Source: Rhynchobatus australiae (lineage: Eukaryota). Taken from it: a stretch of 64,000 bases of DNA. A program made the position numbers and the translations under genes. Under the pieces are notes generated by a model. The model had not been told where the DNA came from. It saw only the letters and a list, made by a program, of their open reading frames with translations, and ran no database searches. Numbering within the stretch: position 1 is the first letter of the stretch; each line of letters starts with the position of its first letter. The stretch spans positions 14,913,756 through 14,977,755 of the forward strand of contig JAUZTB010000057.1 in NCBI GenBank assembly GCA_034780895.1, written 5' to 3'. Positions 37,861 to 51,810 of this stretch are shown piece after piece.

Positions 37861-40024
37861 CTGCTAACACTGTGAGAAGTGTTGCTATCTAAACTCATTC
37901 CATTCTTTGTTCCAGCTGCATCGCACAAAATAATTCTGCCAAACTGCCTCAAATGAAAGTGGGTATCTAGATTTTATATTTAATGTTCTAAGGAATTATG
38001 TTCCTTGGGAATAATGTAAGGAATAATGTTCTACCTCAACTACCTCAAATGCCCTTACTTTTATGCAACCTTTCCATAGCAATTCAAATATTTGAAAGAG
38101 CACTTCATGAAGCCACATATTTTATGAGTAACTTTCAAACAACATGATTGGTTCCAAGATCTTCACCAAAACAAAGTGAGAATTGCTTTAAACAATCATA
38201 CCCACCAGTATTGTATGATTCTACCTTTAATATTAAGTGGACCAGAGTTTGTTACAATGAGAGAAATCTGCTATTATTTAGAGCAGGGTAAAGTAATTAC
38301 ATTAAACTCAGGAAGACAAGCCAATTGCACAGATTGCATGGTGTGCTGCATTCATAGAGACACACCCAAGTACTCTCCAGAACAACTTAAAAACAAATGA
38401 ATGCTGCTACCTCATGACCACTGGAACAGTTAATAATTTTGTGAAGCTTGCCCTGCTGAATGCTTCCAGTATTCTCTCTTTTTGTTTTGGATATCCAGCA
38501 TGCTCTAGTTTCCATTGATACAGCTAATCTGTAACAATAGAGTTATGCCCAGACAGCTATTTGAAAAACTACTCAATATTTACTCTGCTCTTCCTGTGGT
38601 GTTTGTATTCTTATCCACTTTAGAGTAATGAAAGCCTAATGAAGCTAAAGAAATGCAGCCCTCAATCTTCAGTGCCACATCCAAGCATTACATAAAATGA
38701 CATTCCTGACTCTTCTTCTTTCAACCAAATAACCATTAAGATCTTAGCAAAGGGCACTAGGTAATGGTGTACAGTAAAATAATGAATTATACCAAAGTAT
38801 CATAGTGGCCAGGATTTTGCCATTCAACATGTGTACAATTGTGCTGGGATTTCCAGTAATTAGGCATCTGGGAACCTGTGGGATCTGCAAATAGCAAAGC
38901 AACAGGTAGACTCTCCATCAATCGGACTGGTGAATTGTCACTGAGCCTGAAGTGTGTAAACCAAGAAGTAAAGATCAGGAAACATAATTAACATTTAATT
39001 TGTGAATAGCAGCAAAATAGAAATTGGGACACAGGCATGGAATAGAGTAATATCTACAAAAGGAAAAACATTTTAATTGTTTTTTTAAATTTCTTTTGAG
39101 GTAATGGGGAGCACTACTCTTTTCAGGATTGGAGAGGTTGTTCAGAAATTANNNNNNNNNNNNNNNNNNNGTTCATGGTGACCCCAACTTTTTAATCCAT
39201 CATTGGTATGAGACCAGTAGATAATTTCCCTAAATTCACAATTTCTGTACAGATTCTTCAAGGGAAGACTGCAACAATGGAGCTTGTGAAGGAACCGCAG
39301 CTTCCAGCTTTTATATTTAACTGTGCACATGTAGACACCAGAATCTGCTGCCAGTTTTATTCCACAACTGGAAGCACTGACAGTCCCATTGTCATCAGTA
39401 CAGCAAAACTTAGGCAAAAGTAACTGAGAATGAAAAATATTTACATATCAGAGAATTCCTTAACGTAAGAACAGGCATGAAAGATCAAAAAGGTTTGTTT
39501 CCAATTTATCTAATCCAATTCATTTCTTCAGTTCTAATTAAAAATAATTGCTGTTCTATAGATAGCTTGATGAGTATTGCATATAATCATGAAACCTCAA
39601 ATCCACAAAATAAAGTTGCCTTGAATGGATTCTTTAAGAGAAAAGTAGCTTAATTAAAGAGCTAAAAGATGAACATATACTCAGTAATTCCTTAGATCAT
39701 TACACATAATATCTAGATATGCACTTTCATTTGTAAAATTAAAGAAAATCTTGCACTAAGCATTCATGTATTAATAAGAACTTTTCTTTAGTATTACACA
39801 TCAGAGGAATTTATACTCCTAAGTCAATTATCCCATATGTGAGGTCTTTAAAACCAGTGTAAACAATGATCTGTTACATTACGTTCTACATAATAATAAT
39901 AATAATAATAATGATGTACATTAAATGCAATGAAATTTCATCCACATTTTTGTTGAGTGCCTTTGTAGCAACAGAATCAAGAGCAGAACCTGTGATTTCT
40001 TTAAGTGATTTCCCAAATGTTTAT

Positions 40025-40380
40025 AAGTTTCAGAGAGATGCAGATGCTGGGAACTGGAGCAAAAACAAAATTGACGTTTTCTGCATGTCTGCAGGAGGCA
40101 GCATCAATGCAGTCACTGGTGGAGCAGAGAAAGAATTGGAGAGTGGTGCTGGAATAAGTTTGGAACAAGGATTGTTCCATGTAGCCAACAAACAGACAGC
40201 TGTAGCTAAGGCTACACCTTTGATTTGTAGAAAGTAAGAGAAATTGAAAGAGAAATTGTTCAGGGTAAGAACAAGTCCTGCCAGGCAGATAAGAGTATTA
40301 GTAGAGGGGAACTGGTTGGATCGTTGGTCCTCAAAGAAGCACAGGGCCCTAAAACCCCTCTATTGGGGGATAGAGAAGTT
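40025..40380 (-). mobile_element. Penelope-like element RT fragment plus terminal piece
   Basis: Minus-strand RALCFFEDQRSNQFPSTNTLICLAGLVLTLNNFSFNFSYFLQIKGVA, then after a frameshift SYSCLFVGYMEQSLFQ, matching PLE RT motifs (YLQIKGVAMG..PSYACLFVGY). Confidence 0.85.
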
Positions 40381-40724
40381 GTAAACTACAGTTGCTTAAA
40401 TCCTTTCAAGACCTGGCCATCTATTAACCTGTTTGTCTCGGTCATTGGGATGACAAAGGTGAAGCCTCTTTGGCAATATTTTTCCAGGTATTCACAAGTT
40501 AGGTGAAAAACACCCAAGTCACTTCAAGTTAAAGATATTTTCCCTCTGCTGCTCCGCCCTTCTCTATATTACTATAGTGAAAATGTTGACTTTGATATTG
40601 TCTAAGAACTTCCTTGAATGAAAAGTGAAATAGTATGTTACGGATGTTAAATATTGAATGAGTCAAGAAACTAAGTCTGTGCCTGCCCTCACAGATAGAC
40701 ACAAGAGAACTGTTTCCCTGTAAA

Positions 40725-40955
40725 TCCACATCCCATCAATTCCCCTCAAATTCTACCACTCTTCTGCATTCTAGAATGGCCAGTTAACCCTACCAACCCT
40801 CATGTCTTTGGGATGTGGAAGGAAACCTAAGCAAACAGAGGAAACACTGATGGTCACACAGAGAGCATGCTGACTCCATGAAAGCAGCACCAGAGGTCAG
40901 GCTTGAATGCATGTCACTGGACCTATGAGGCAGCAGCTCTACTAACTGCACCATT
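40725..40955 (-). mobile_element. V-SINE/HE1-like SINE
   Basis: catgtctttgggatgtggaaggaaacc...ggtcacacagagagcatgc...agcaccagaggtcagg...gaggcagcagctctact. Confidence 0.75.
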
Positions 40956-42316
40956 TTCTGCACAAGCTCCCATGCACTGTCTGTAGCTCCATTGTCATGG
41001 CATCTGTAACAGCTGCAGGGTAAATAGTTGCTGCAATGCTTTAAATCAGTAATGAGTGGTGAGCACCTCCTGAAATCCTGGGGAACCAGGATTTCACACT
41101 TCAGAGTCATAATATGATCATCCCAAATAATGGAAGTAAACAGCCTTCAAGTGCAGTCAAGAAATACCCATGTTGTACTGTTTATGAATGTTTTGCATAG
41201 AAACAGCAGTTTTCCCCTCCTTTTCTCTCCCATGAGGCACCTCCGAGCCCTCACCAGAGGTGACTTCATTTTTTCCAATAGTTTATTGCTAAAAAATTTT
41301 GAGTAGCAAATATAAGTTAAAGAAATAAATTTATTTTGCAACACAACTCTGTAAGGTATGTATAAAGAATGCACATTATGGAAAGCACTGTCTTCATCAG
41401 AGAGCAGAAAACAATTGCGACTGCTACAGTCCCATGGAACACCTCAGTGATAATCTAATGTATTTTGTTTTAGCAAAGTCTACAGTTCAATAATGAAATT
41501 GAGCACAAACAAGAACAATGTCCTTAACAAAGGTCATCTTTTTCTGTTCTATCCCCAAATTTACCCATTCTTTTGGCAGGTTACACTAACAGCTGTCTTT
41601 GATCATGGGAACATGTATGAAACTCTTAGCACTTTAAGAATGCTGTCTGCTGATCAAAGGGTGCAATTTTGACAGTAAAGCTGGCAGAATCTGAACTGTT
41701 TCCAAAAGAAAGCATGCTTCAAATTAAAAGATTTAATGTTCATCATCATCTTCACTTGCAAAAGAGTTTGTGTAGCTTCGACTGCCAGATTGTGCTCTCT
41801 ATTGTTTCTTCGAACAGTAATAATGATTCAATATATCAATGCAGAAACATTCAAATTACACTGGATTTCCTGGGTCCCAGATTTTAAAATATAAATTGCT
41901 GCACTAAAGTCATAGCACTATATCTGACATTGTGTGGCATATGTTTATGGTTCATTCACATTAAAGCAGGGAAAGGTTAAATAAATGAATAATGCCTAAG
42001 ATCAAAAGTACACATTTGTCAGAGTTAAGATCAAGAGAAGGCTTAACTTATCTCATTGTAAAATAACCAAGAAAAATGCTAATTGATTAAATGTTCTCAT
42101 AAACTACCTCTGAGGTGGTTGCATAATGTTTAGTGGAGTTACAAAACTTATTTTTTGGTTTTATAAGAAATTAATGAAAACATTTGGCAACATTGGCTAT
42201 TATAACTGACATGTAACCATAATAATTAAAATCAGTACTTTGTCATTTTCAGATTTAAACTCATAAATACAGTAAAATATATAATTGTCTAAAGTTTGTT
42301 TCTGAATAGCTTAATT

Positions 42317-43191
42317 NNNNNNNNNNNNNNNNNNNNNNNNNNNNNNNNNNNNNNNNNNNNNNNNNNNNNNNNNNNNNNNNNNNNNNNNNNNNNNNNNNNN
42401 NNNNNNNNNNNNNNNNNNNNNNNNNNNNNNNNNNNNNNNNNNNNNNNNNNNNNNNNNNNNNNNNNNNNNNNNNNNNNNNNNNNNNNNNNNNNNNNNNNNN
42501 NNNNNNNNNNNNNNNNNNNNNNNNNNNNNNNNNNNNNNNNNNNNNNNNNNNNNNNNNNNNNNNNNNNNNNNNNNNNNNNNNNNNNNNNNNNNNNNNNNNN
42601 NNNNNNNNNNNNNNNNNNNNNNNNNNNNNNNNNNNNNNNNNNNNNNNNNNNNNNNNNNNNNNNNNNNNNNNNNNNNNNNNNNNNNNNNNNNNNNNNNNNN
42701 NNNNNNNNNNNNNNNNNNNNNNNNNNNNNNNNNNNNNNNNNNNNNNNNNNNNNNNNNNNNNNNNNNNNNNNNNNNNNNNNNNNNNNNNNNNNNNNNNNNN
42801 NNNNNNNNNNNNNNNNNNNNNNNNNNNNNNNNNNNNNNNNNNNNNNNNNNNNNNNNNNNNNNNNNNNNNNNNNNNNNNNNNNNNNNNNNNNNNNNNNNNN
42901 NNNNNNNNNNNNNNNNNNNNNNNNNNNNNNNNNNNNNNNNNNNNNNNNNNNNNNNNNNNNNNNNNNNNNNNNNNNNNNNNNNNNNNNNNNNNNNNNNNNN
43001 NNNNNNNNNNNNNNNNNNNNNNNNNNNNNNNNNNNNNNNNNNNNNNNNNNNNNNNNNNNNNNNNNNNNNNNNNNNNNNNNNNNNNNNNNNNNNNNNNNNN
43101 NNNNNNNNNNNNNNNNNNNNNNNNNNNNNNNNNNNNNNNNNNNNNNNNNNNNNNNNNNNNNNNNNNNNNNNNNNNNNNNNNNNNNNNNNNN
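42317..43191. other. Largest assembly gap; other large gaps at about 3862-4231, 53091-53624 and 63022-63338, plus many of about 100 N
   Basis: Runs of N. Confidence 0.99.
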
Positions 43192-44447
43192 ATAGAAATC
43201 ATGTAGAAACAATTTACTGAATTCTCCAACACCAAATTACAACCAAAAAAATCCCAAGGAAGCTTATTGGTTCTGGTATTTTTACCAGAGGTTAACTATG
43301 TTTATAGTTTACCTCTGAGATTGTATCTCATGGACAATTTTCTTTTGGGCTTGAGTCTTTCTGTTCTGTACATTTTCACTGTACAGATTCAATTCTTTGA
43401 AAGAGACTGGGTAAAATTCAGTTTCATAGTAATTAGGCATTTGCAAAAGGTGCAACAGATGGAGGAAGGTCAGCCATTTCAGGAGAGGGGAACCTAGGTG
43501 GGAATTAGCTGTTCTTGATATCAAGACAGTGCTTGATGGAATCCATAATACTTTGNNNNNNNNNNGTCAAGAGCAAGGAGATATAAAGAGAAAATGGTCC
43601 AAATTAAGAAAATGGACTATTCAATGCAGCTCCTGGATAGATCTGTCAGAATTTCTCATGCAGCATTCTTGACCTTGATCTGCCTTATCAATAACCATCT
43701 TTCTGAAATAATGTCAGGGCTGAGATTGCTTGCTGATCGACCTCTGCATTTGATTTCATTCACAACTCTTCCAATATCAGAGTAACCTATGCCAGCTGAT
43801 AGAAGGACCTGAACAATTCTCAAACTTGGGCTGATGGTGGGTAACATTCCTGTCATAGTAACCATATGTACCAAGGAGTCATCTATGTACGACCTCTGAA
43901 AACATAACAACAATCTCCATAATCATGTGCAAAACTCTAAACTACCATACCACAATCTCTCCCCATCTCTTCACTGTCTCTGAATTGTCAGAGTGTTTGC
44001 CCAGCATCCAAATCATTTACAACCATGGTATTAGGTTTTGAGGTGAACTTCCACCATCATACCAACTCCATTGCTATGGCCACCTGTTTCCTCTTCTGTC
44101 ACTGGCCTCAGCTCATCCACTGAATCCCTCAAATTTGCCTTTGATATCTCCAATTCTTTCGAGCTGGTCTCCCACTTTTCATCTAAGCCATGCTTGAAAC
44201 TCTGCATGTGACTCACACAAAATCACAGTGTCGTATAATGGCTGGTAACAAGATTTAGAATTCTCATGTTCGCTTACAAATCCTTCCCAGACTTCACCTC
44301 TCTCTGCAGCAGCCTCCCCTTTCCGTAATTCTATTTACACCAATGTTCTGCCTCACGGTCAGCATGGAGATATTACGAGAAGGACCCCAGAATAGATTGT
44401 GAAGCATTTCTTGGAATGGTCAATAATTTATGAGGAGAGAAAAACAG

Positions 44448-44800
44448 AGGGTGGTGCAGTGGTGCAGAAATTAGTGCTACTGCCTTGAGTTTCAGCAACA
44501 CTAGTTCAATCCTGAGCTCCAGTGCTGTCTGTGTGAAGTTTTCTTGTTTCTTCCTGTGACTGAGTGGTTGTCCTCAGATTGCATCAGTGTCCTCCCACAT
44601 CCTAAAGACATGCTGATCAGTAGTTGATATCATAAATTACTTCTCATGCATGTGGGTGATAGGAGAGTTGGGGGATATGGCATGTGGGAGAGAATAGGTT
44701 AAAAGTGAATAATTAGAGACTGAGATTGATCAGAGTGCTCTGAGAGCTGGGTCGACTTGATGGGCCAAATAGTCTCCTTCTATTTCATGAGAATAGTATG
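44448..44800 (+). mobile_element. Near full-length V-SINE/HE1-like SINE
   Basis: tRNA-like head with A-box-like tggtgcag and B box gttcaatcc, V-domain (tgtctgtgtgaagttt...ctcccacatcctaaagac) and CR1-like tail (gatgggccaaatagtctcc). Confidence 0.8.
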
Positions 44801-45046
44801 AATTATTGGGCCACATTGTGGTGAACATGGCCCTGCATCTTGTGAGTGCTTTCTTTGCTGGCTTCATGGTTGCACCAAGTTTTTTGCAGGTGCAAAGCTT
44901 CTAATGCACAGCCAGTGTCATCACCACAGCCCTTCCATGAGGCAGATAACGATTGGCAACCAGGCCACAGGCAGTGGGAACCAAGGCCCTACCCTCAGAC
45001 CTGTCAGTTGGCTTTCTGACAGCACGTGATAAAACTTTAAAACTTT

Positions 45047-45265
45047 ATTTATACAGCACAGTAACATGCCCTTCTGCCCCAATGAGCCTATGCCGCCCAA
45101 TTACACCCATGTTAACCTACTACCCCATACGTCTTTGGAACATAGGAGGAAACCAGAGCACCAGAGAAAACCCACACAGTCACGGGGAGAACGTACAAAG
45201 TCCTTACAGACAGCAGCGGGAGTTGAACCTTGATCGCTAGCGCTGTAGTAGTGTTACACTAACAT
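45047..45265 (-). mobile_element. Young V-SINE
   Basis: atacagcacagtaacatgccctt...ggaggaaaccagagcacc...cacggggagaacgtacaaa...gcgggagttgaacc; CpGs retained. Confidence 0.85.
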
Positions 45266-47179
45266 TTCCAAATGGCTCTGAGAAAAGTATGAAGTTATTT
45301 ATAGAAAATTATATCACAAGCTTCCTTTGGTCCTTTCCTTGAAATTTTCTTGATTGGACAGGTAAACAGCAATAAAAACACAACATTCCTGTGGCTTAGC
45401 CAATGCAAAACCTCAAATAGTTTCAACAGAAATATGGAAATTTGCAAGATTAGTACTAGGAATGTCACAGCTATGATACCACTGAGGATAGATTTGGGAA
45501 ATACAAATGGTACTTACCAACTGCACCGAAAAGGGCAAAAAAACAGACGAGTCAGACTGACTGGATTGCTCTTTAAAAGAGCTTGTCCAGCATCAGTGGG
45601 CTGAATGGTCATTTCCAATGCTAATTGTGATTCTTGTGCATCCCATGAGAGCAAAATTCTGAGCACCAGTTTATAAATATTTTGATGGATTCTAGCACTA
45701 CTTTTAGTAACAATGGAGTGTGAGCTAATTTGCAATGTTTGAATGGAAAAGTTTTCCTTATTTAGAACATAAATGGCAGTCAATTGACAGCATGGAGTCA
45801 TTGATTCCTTGATAGATCTCAATAAAATCCTGATAAGATGAATTTGTTATTAACTGGAATCCACACTTACTCATTTAAATGTATTATGTCAAAAACACAA
45901 ATAAATTTTGTTTGCTGTAAAATGTTTTTTGACAAGCTAAGATATTTCCATTGACTCCCACCTCCTGGCCTGATCTTTATCCATGCCTAGTTTCTTTGCC
46001 TAGGCCCACTTGACTAACTGACTTTCAGCAGTATACGACAATAGCCCATTGACTTGGACCATCAATACACTAGCTCTTTAAAATCCATTCCATCATGGGT
46101 TCAGACTGAACCTTCACTCACCACAGTTTTGGATGTAATGAAAGCCTCATTATTTACAATATTGAAGACTAAGTCTTGCCCCTCCCACAAGGATAATGGA
46201 AACTGGTCTTCCACAATTGGTTCTGTAATACCAGTTGTGGAAGACCACAACGTCCACAATCATAAGAACAAAGGGAGTATAGGGTAGTTTTATTCATCAA
46301 TAAATAAAATGTAATATAACTAAAATAAATACGTTTTGGTATCTTGTATCACATTTTGGAAAGGAAAGGAAGTAATTATAAGTCAAATAATTCAATTTGC
46401 ACAGTACCTGGATATGGTCTTAAAAAGTGCTGCCACGCAATGATAGTCATCAAAATATAATCCTTGGACTATCAGAAGGAAACATCTTTTTGGTGGTGAA
46501 ATTAGCCTGCAGAAACAGGTTGTCTGAATGCATAGCCTCTTGGACTGCCATGTGACGAATGGTTAAATCAGAGAGGTGCTTGAGTCATGATGAAATTCAT
46601 AAAAATGCATCTCTTCCAGTTTTCCTCACAATATGCACAGAGGAAATCAACTTTAGGTGAACAAAAGATAGTAGTCTGTTCAGCTGATGACCCCAATTAT
46701 TCATATGGATGTTACTTGGTCAAGTAGAAATTAAGCACTTTCCTGCTTTTTGTACCCAGTATTGTAATCAAACACTCACAGGTCACATAAAGTTCACATC
46801 TCAATTAGAAGTGCACCTTGCAGTACTCAGTGTGATATTTCCATTTCTTGCACAATTTAAGATTGCTAATTTAATGCAAATTAATCATAACAAGCAATCT
46901 GCTTTTTAGACTTCATCTAATAAGGGCTACAAACAGCACAAACGATACTTATTTTTAAAAAGTGTTACAGAAATTAGAGAAATAAAACTTTTAATCTAGA
47001 ATAATTGGAATAAAAATCAAAATATTGAATTATTTCCCTAAAGATACAGGCACACCTGAATCCAAACTGAAAGAACAAAAATTCATAAAGTTCTGTATTA
47101 ATCCCATTCAATTCCATTTGAATTGAATGCAGGAAGTGTTTTTCCACTCATCTCTTTCATGTGTTTTAAATATTTTGAT

Positions 47180-47433
47180 GTGTATCTCAGAAGGAGGTTT
47201 TTCTCCAAGAGTTTTATCTTCATCTTTTAAATTGCCATCAGTAAGCTTCTGTTTATAACTGGAAACTCTTCAGGTAGCTGGTGTTTTTGCAACAAAATTA
47301 CTATTATTCATTAAGGACAAATTTATAAGCCATGATTGTTATTAATATTTTAAGAAGTGTATCTCAGAAGGAGGTTTTTCTCCAAGAGTTTTATCTTCAT
47401 CTTTTAAATTGCCATCAGTAAGCTTCTGTTTAT
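47180..47433 (+). repeat. 77-bp exact direct duplication at a 177-bp period, truncated by a gap
   Basis: gtgtatctcagaagg...gcttctgtttat starts at both 47180 and 47357. Confidence 0.85.
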
Positions 47434-49789
47434 NNNNNNNNNNNNNNNNNNNNNNNNNNNNNNNNNNNNNNNNNNNNNNNNNNNNNNNNNNNNNNNNNNN
47501 NNNNNNNNNNNNNNNNNNNNNNNNNNNNNNNNNNNNNNNNNNGCTGTCTTCCTATTCAATGGCAACATTCCTCTGAACCTGGAAGTATATTGCTTATGTT
47601 GTTTAATATCCCTTTAAAAGCTGGCTGCAGAGATTATACATGCTGTACTAAATGTCAGCAACTGTGGGAACTTGCAATAGATCATCTGGAGACTCTGATA
47701 ATGTTGTTACCTTGTATTACACAGGGAAATACAACAAAACTGTTGCTATAACTTTGCTATTTAAGACCTAAATCTTTATGTGACTTTCACAAACAATGTT
47801 AAGGTGTCATACAAAATTTCTTAATGCCTTAAAACAGAAAGTAATTCAATTTTTACCACACACTCATCCAGCCCTTTCTTGAAGTACATTATATATCAAA
47901 TGCAAATAGGATAAAGCATAATTCAAGACCCCTAATTTCCCAACATGCTCGGTGGAACTTCACAAAAGGCTGATTTTGCTAGTTACAGATAGTCTAGTGG
48001 AAAAGGTAAAAGTAGATGAAGGAATAGAGCAAAGTATCTCATCTTTTAATTAAACCCACCTTAAGAATAGATCGCATGACCTATCAAAGAACAATATTCT
48101 TTATATTCTGATATGCTTCTGTAACATTTTAAGAGTCAAAGCTAAAGTAATCCCAATAATTTCTTACACACATAAAGACTGATAAGGTTACTTCGAGAGA
48201 TGAATAACAAAATTTAGTTCGCTGATGCAAGTATTGCCACACTAATAAATTGTGTATGTTATAAAAACTGAATTTTGACAATAAAAGTACTACTTGGAAT
48301 AATTGAGAGAATTTCTTTGTATTGCAATTACATGGCAATAATTATACTTTAAACAATAAATAAACATTTAAAGGGTTAGTATTTCGAACACTGAGAACAG
48401 AAATAAAACAACAGACTTAAATGACAATCAAACACTTTCAATATTGCAACATTATACAAACATTTTAGTGAAGGCTGTCAAACAACTAAGCTTACCAATT
48501 TTGCTTCATGCGGACATCTTCAAATGAACCATTTGATTTTCCTGTGAGAAAAAGAAATTATTTATTTTGAATACCATGTTAAAACTCAAGCTCCTTATTA
48601 ATTATGTAAAATATCACTTCCAAAAAAAATCCTATTGAATTAAGTATTAATGTGCACATCTGGGATGCCAAAGACCAAGGAACCTCTGAATTGAGGCAAC
48701 AGTGTCAGTTCCTTTCAAATAGCTACTCAGCTTGGTTGGCATTTGATATAGCATTAGAGCTATCTATAGTTCTTGTCCGACTATGAATATTCTTGTCCAT
48801 TCACTCCTTTTGACGTTGAATAGGTGCTTTTTATTACTCCCTTTTCTTTTGACTCATGAACACAAAGCCCAATCTGTATGCTAAATGCCTTCCCAGACTT
48901 TTACACATTTGTCAATTTTGTGCAGGTGAATATATCAAACAACTGCGAATTACTTGTTGGTATACTCCCATCATAAATTGAGTTGTTTCAGATGTATTAG
49001 AAGACTGTTATTTTAAGTGATAAGCCTGTCATATCATACATTTGACTTGTTGATATGCTTTTACAATTATGTAAAATGTGACAAGTGCTTACCTTCATTC
49101 ATAATATGAACTAAGAAATGTACCATGGATCCATAACTCACATTCTTTATTTTATGTTATGAAGGTCATTTTTAAGTAAAAAAAAAGGAGAAAACATTTT
49201 TCACAGGTGTTGTAGAACAGAAACCATATGTCCAATACTAAAGCAGCAAAGACCATTTGGTATTCAGAATGATTATGGACGTTGTATAATTTCCAGAACT
49301 GAAATCAGAATTTTTCAAGCTCCTTCGCTTGTCAAAAACTATTCCTGGCTTCAATCTATATTTCTATTTCTATAATTATAATGATATTCCAATGAGTAAA
49401 TGAAAGAGTAAAGCTTAAAGNNNNNNNNNNNNNNNNNNNNNNNNNNNNNNNNNNNNNNNNNNNNNNNNNNNNNNNNNNNNNNNNNNNNNNNNNNNNNNNN
49501 NNNNNNNNNNNNNNNNNNNNGAAAGAGTAAAGCTTAAAGAAGATCACATAACGTTTATCAAGTATTTAAGCTTTTAAGAATTCAGATTCATGGATCTATT
49601 TAGTATATATTTATTTTCAGGCTCAGTCTCAGGGAATATCCATACTGTCTCCAGTTCCATGCATTGAGGGTGTTTTAAAAGGAAGTTTAAGTTTCACATT
49701 TTAAGCCAATTGATTTCCATAGTACAAGATTGACTTTCTCCCTTAAAATGGCCATTGCATACTGGCCTCTTCTCACTTCCCATCTACAT

Positions 49790-50120
49790 ACATCTTATTC
49801 TTTCTTTTTGCAATGCTTATTCCATGTCCGGGGGTGGTGAGCTGCCTTCTTGAACGCCTGCGGTAGGTGGAGAGGAAGGTATTCCCAGACTGGGATTGTA
49901 ACCAACTGATGAAGAAGGAATGATGATATATGTCCAAGTCAGTGTGGTGCATAACTTGGAGGAAAACTTGCAGGTGGTGGTGTTCCGTTACACCTGCCAA
50001 CCTTGTTCTTGAGCAGACGGTAAAGGTCATGGGTTTAGGAGGTGGTGTTGAAGAATAGTTGGCAGATCTCAGCAGTGAATTTAGCAGATGATGCAGACTA
50101 CAGACACAATGCTGGATTGC
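49790..50120 (-). mobile_element. Old LINE 3' fragment (same family as 505-835)
   Basis: ggtggtgagctgccttcttgaac...aacttgcaggtggtggtgttcc...ggtcatgggtttaggaggtg. Confidence 0.65.
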
Positions 50121-50299
50121 AAACGAATCCAAGTTCCAAGCAGGGGAATATCTAAGGTGCATGACAGATTGAATGTCCTTGCAAGTATTGGAGGAATATA
50201 AATTAAGCAAGCTCGAGCTGTATTTTTTAAACACCTTGTGTGTTTGTAATGTAAGCTATTCTGTTATATTGAGAAATGACAGAGTATGCATGAACTGTT

Positions 50300-51050
50300 T
50301 TGAAACCAAGATTTTGTTCACCAGATTGATTCCAGGAAAGAGGAGATATTAAACAGACTGTGCCTCTATTCTCAGGTTTAGGAGAGTTAGGGGTTCCAGT
50401 GGTGAGAGAGCCATGAACAAGGAAGGGCCGGTCATTTAAAACTGAGGTACTCGCTCAGAGAGTACCGAGTTTCTCAGATTCTCTTTCCCCTAGGGTGATG
50501 GATGCTATATCATTAAATATATTTAAGGTGAAGATAGATATTTGAAAAGTCAAGGAATTGAGGGTTTCAAGGAACTGGCACAGAAGAGTCAAGACTAGCA
50601 TAGATCATCCATGATCAACTGAATAGTGGANNNNNNNNNNNNNNNNNNNNNNNNNNNNNNNNNNNTGTGTTCTTGAGTGATTTCATGGAAATGTACTAAA
50701 TCCTTACAGGGTTTGACAGTTATTCCCTCTGGCTGGGACACTTGGAAGCCGAGGTTACAATCTCAAAATAAGGGGTTGGCCATTTAAGATAGTTGAGAAG
50801 AAATTTCTTCACCCAAAGGATGCTCTATGTTTGGAATTATCTACCCAAACCTGCTGTGGGGAATGAGTAACTGAGTATATTCAAGTCAGAGATGAATAAA
50901 TTTTCAGATATTATGGGAATCAAGGGATATGGAGAAAAGTTCAGGAAAATGGTGCTTAGGTAGAAGATCTGCCAGGATCTCATCAAATGATGGAGTGGGC
51001 TCAAGGGACCAAATAGCTTACTTATGCTTCTGTTTCCTCCCTTCTTTTGT
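50300..51050 (+). mobile_element. Two CR1 3' fragments in tandem, separated by a gap
   Basis: ttcaccagattgattccagg...atatttaaggtgaagatagata; agaaatttcttcacccaaagg...ggaatcaagggatatgg. Confidence 0.75.
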
Positions 51051-51229
51051 TCTCTTCAGTGAGTTGACTGGTTGACTTGCTCACTGTCCGTTAGGTTATT
51101 TATAGTGGATGGATCTTTCAAAAATATATAGTTATTTTGTTATAATGCTTTTTATAGATAGTTTTTGAAAATGATGGTTTTATAGGTGCTTCCTGAAAAA
51201 TATTTTCTACTCCTTACAGATACATCAGG

Positions 51230-51810
51230 CCCATGACCATGATCAATTTTCCCCCTTATCCCAATTCATGTACTTCTGCAGTTCCCAGAATTTAGTATTT
51301 CTCCAACGACCTAGCCAACCAATTTTTAAACACTAATGTAGGCTTGATTTCAATCACTATCCCTAATAACACGTTGCACAGATCTCTGTATAAAACTGAT
51401 GCTCCTGCTCTCTGTTCTAAGTCTTTTAGAATTAGCAACATTGATATTTGTACTTCCTTAAATAGCAACATCCTAGAAAATCTGTGCTCTATTTTTAACA
51501 TGTTTTTTCACAATGCTGAATCCAAATCTCTTTTCCACCAAGTGGCATTACTAACATTTTATTCAAAGGATGCTATTATAAATTGACTAGAAGTTCTATA
51601 GCTTTTCCTACAAAACCCAGTATTTTGTTAGCTTTCTCATGATTTGTAAACGTGAAACCCAAATTCCCTTGTTCTTCCATATCACTGACCCTTCACATTT
51701 ACATCAATTAAACACTTTTTAACCAACACTGTTCTGTCGAAGAGAAACTTTCCCAATCCCATTTTAAATGGCCAAACCTTAATAGTGATTAGGTGACCCC
51801 CCTAGTTCTA
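51230..51810 (-). mobile_element. Decayed CR1 fragment
   Basis: Reverse CR1 tail at about 51230-51350 and agaaactttcccaatcccattttaaatggcc at about 51740. Confidence 0.4.

Noticed and set aside
42261-43235. Long ORFs of about 300 aa (also 3757-4301, 53039-53629, 62929-63357)
   Set aside because: They are read through N gaps.
44448-44520. tRNA-like A and B boxes
   Set aside because: SINE head; no cloverleaf, and it continues into the V-domain.
46408-46506. KRCFLLIVQGL resemblance to IL-15 helix B (MKCFLLELQVI)
   Set aside because: The exon phase (2-2) does not fit the phase-0 IL-2/IL-15 structure, and the other IL-15 motifs are missing.
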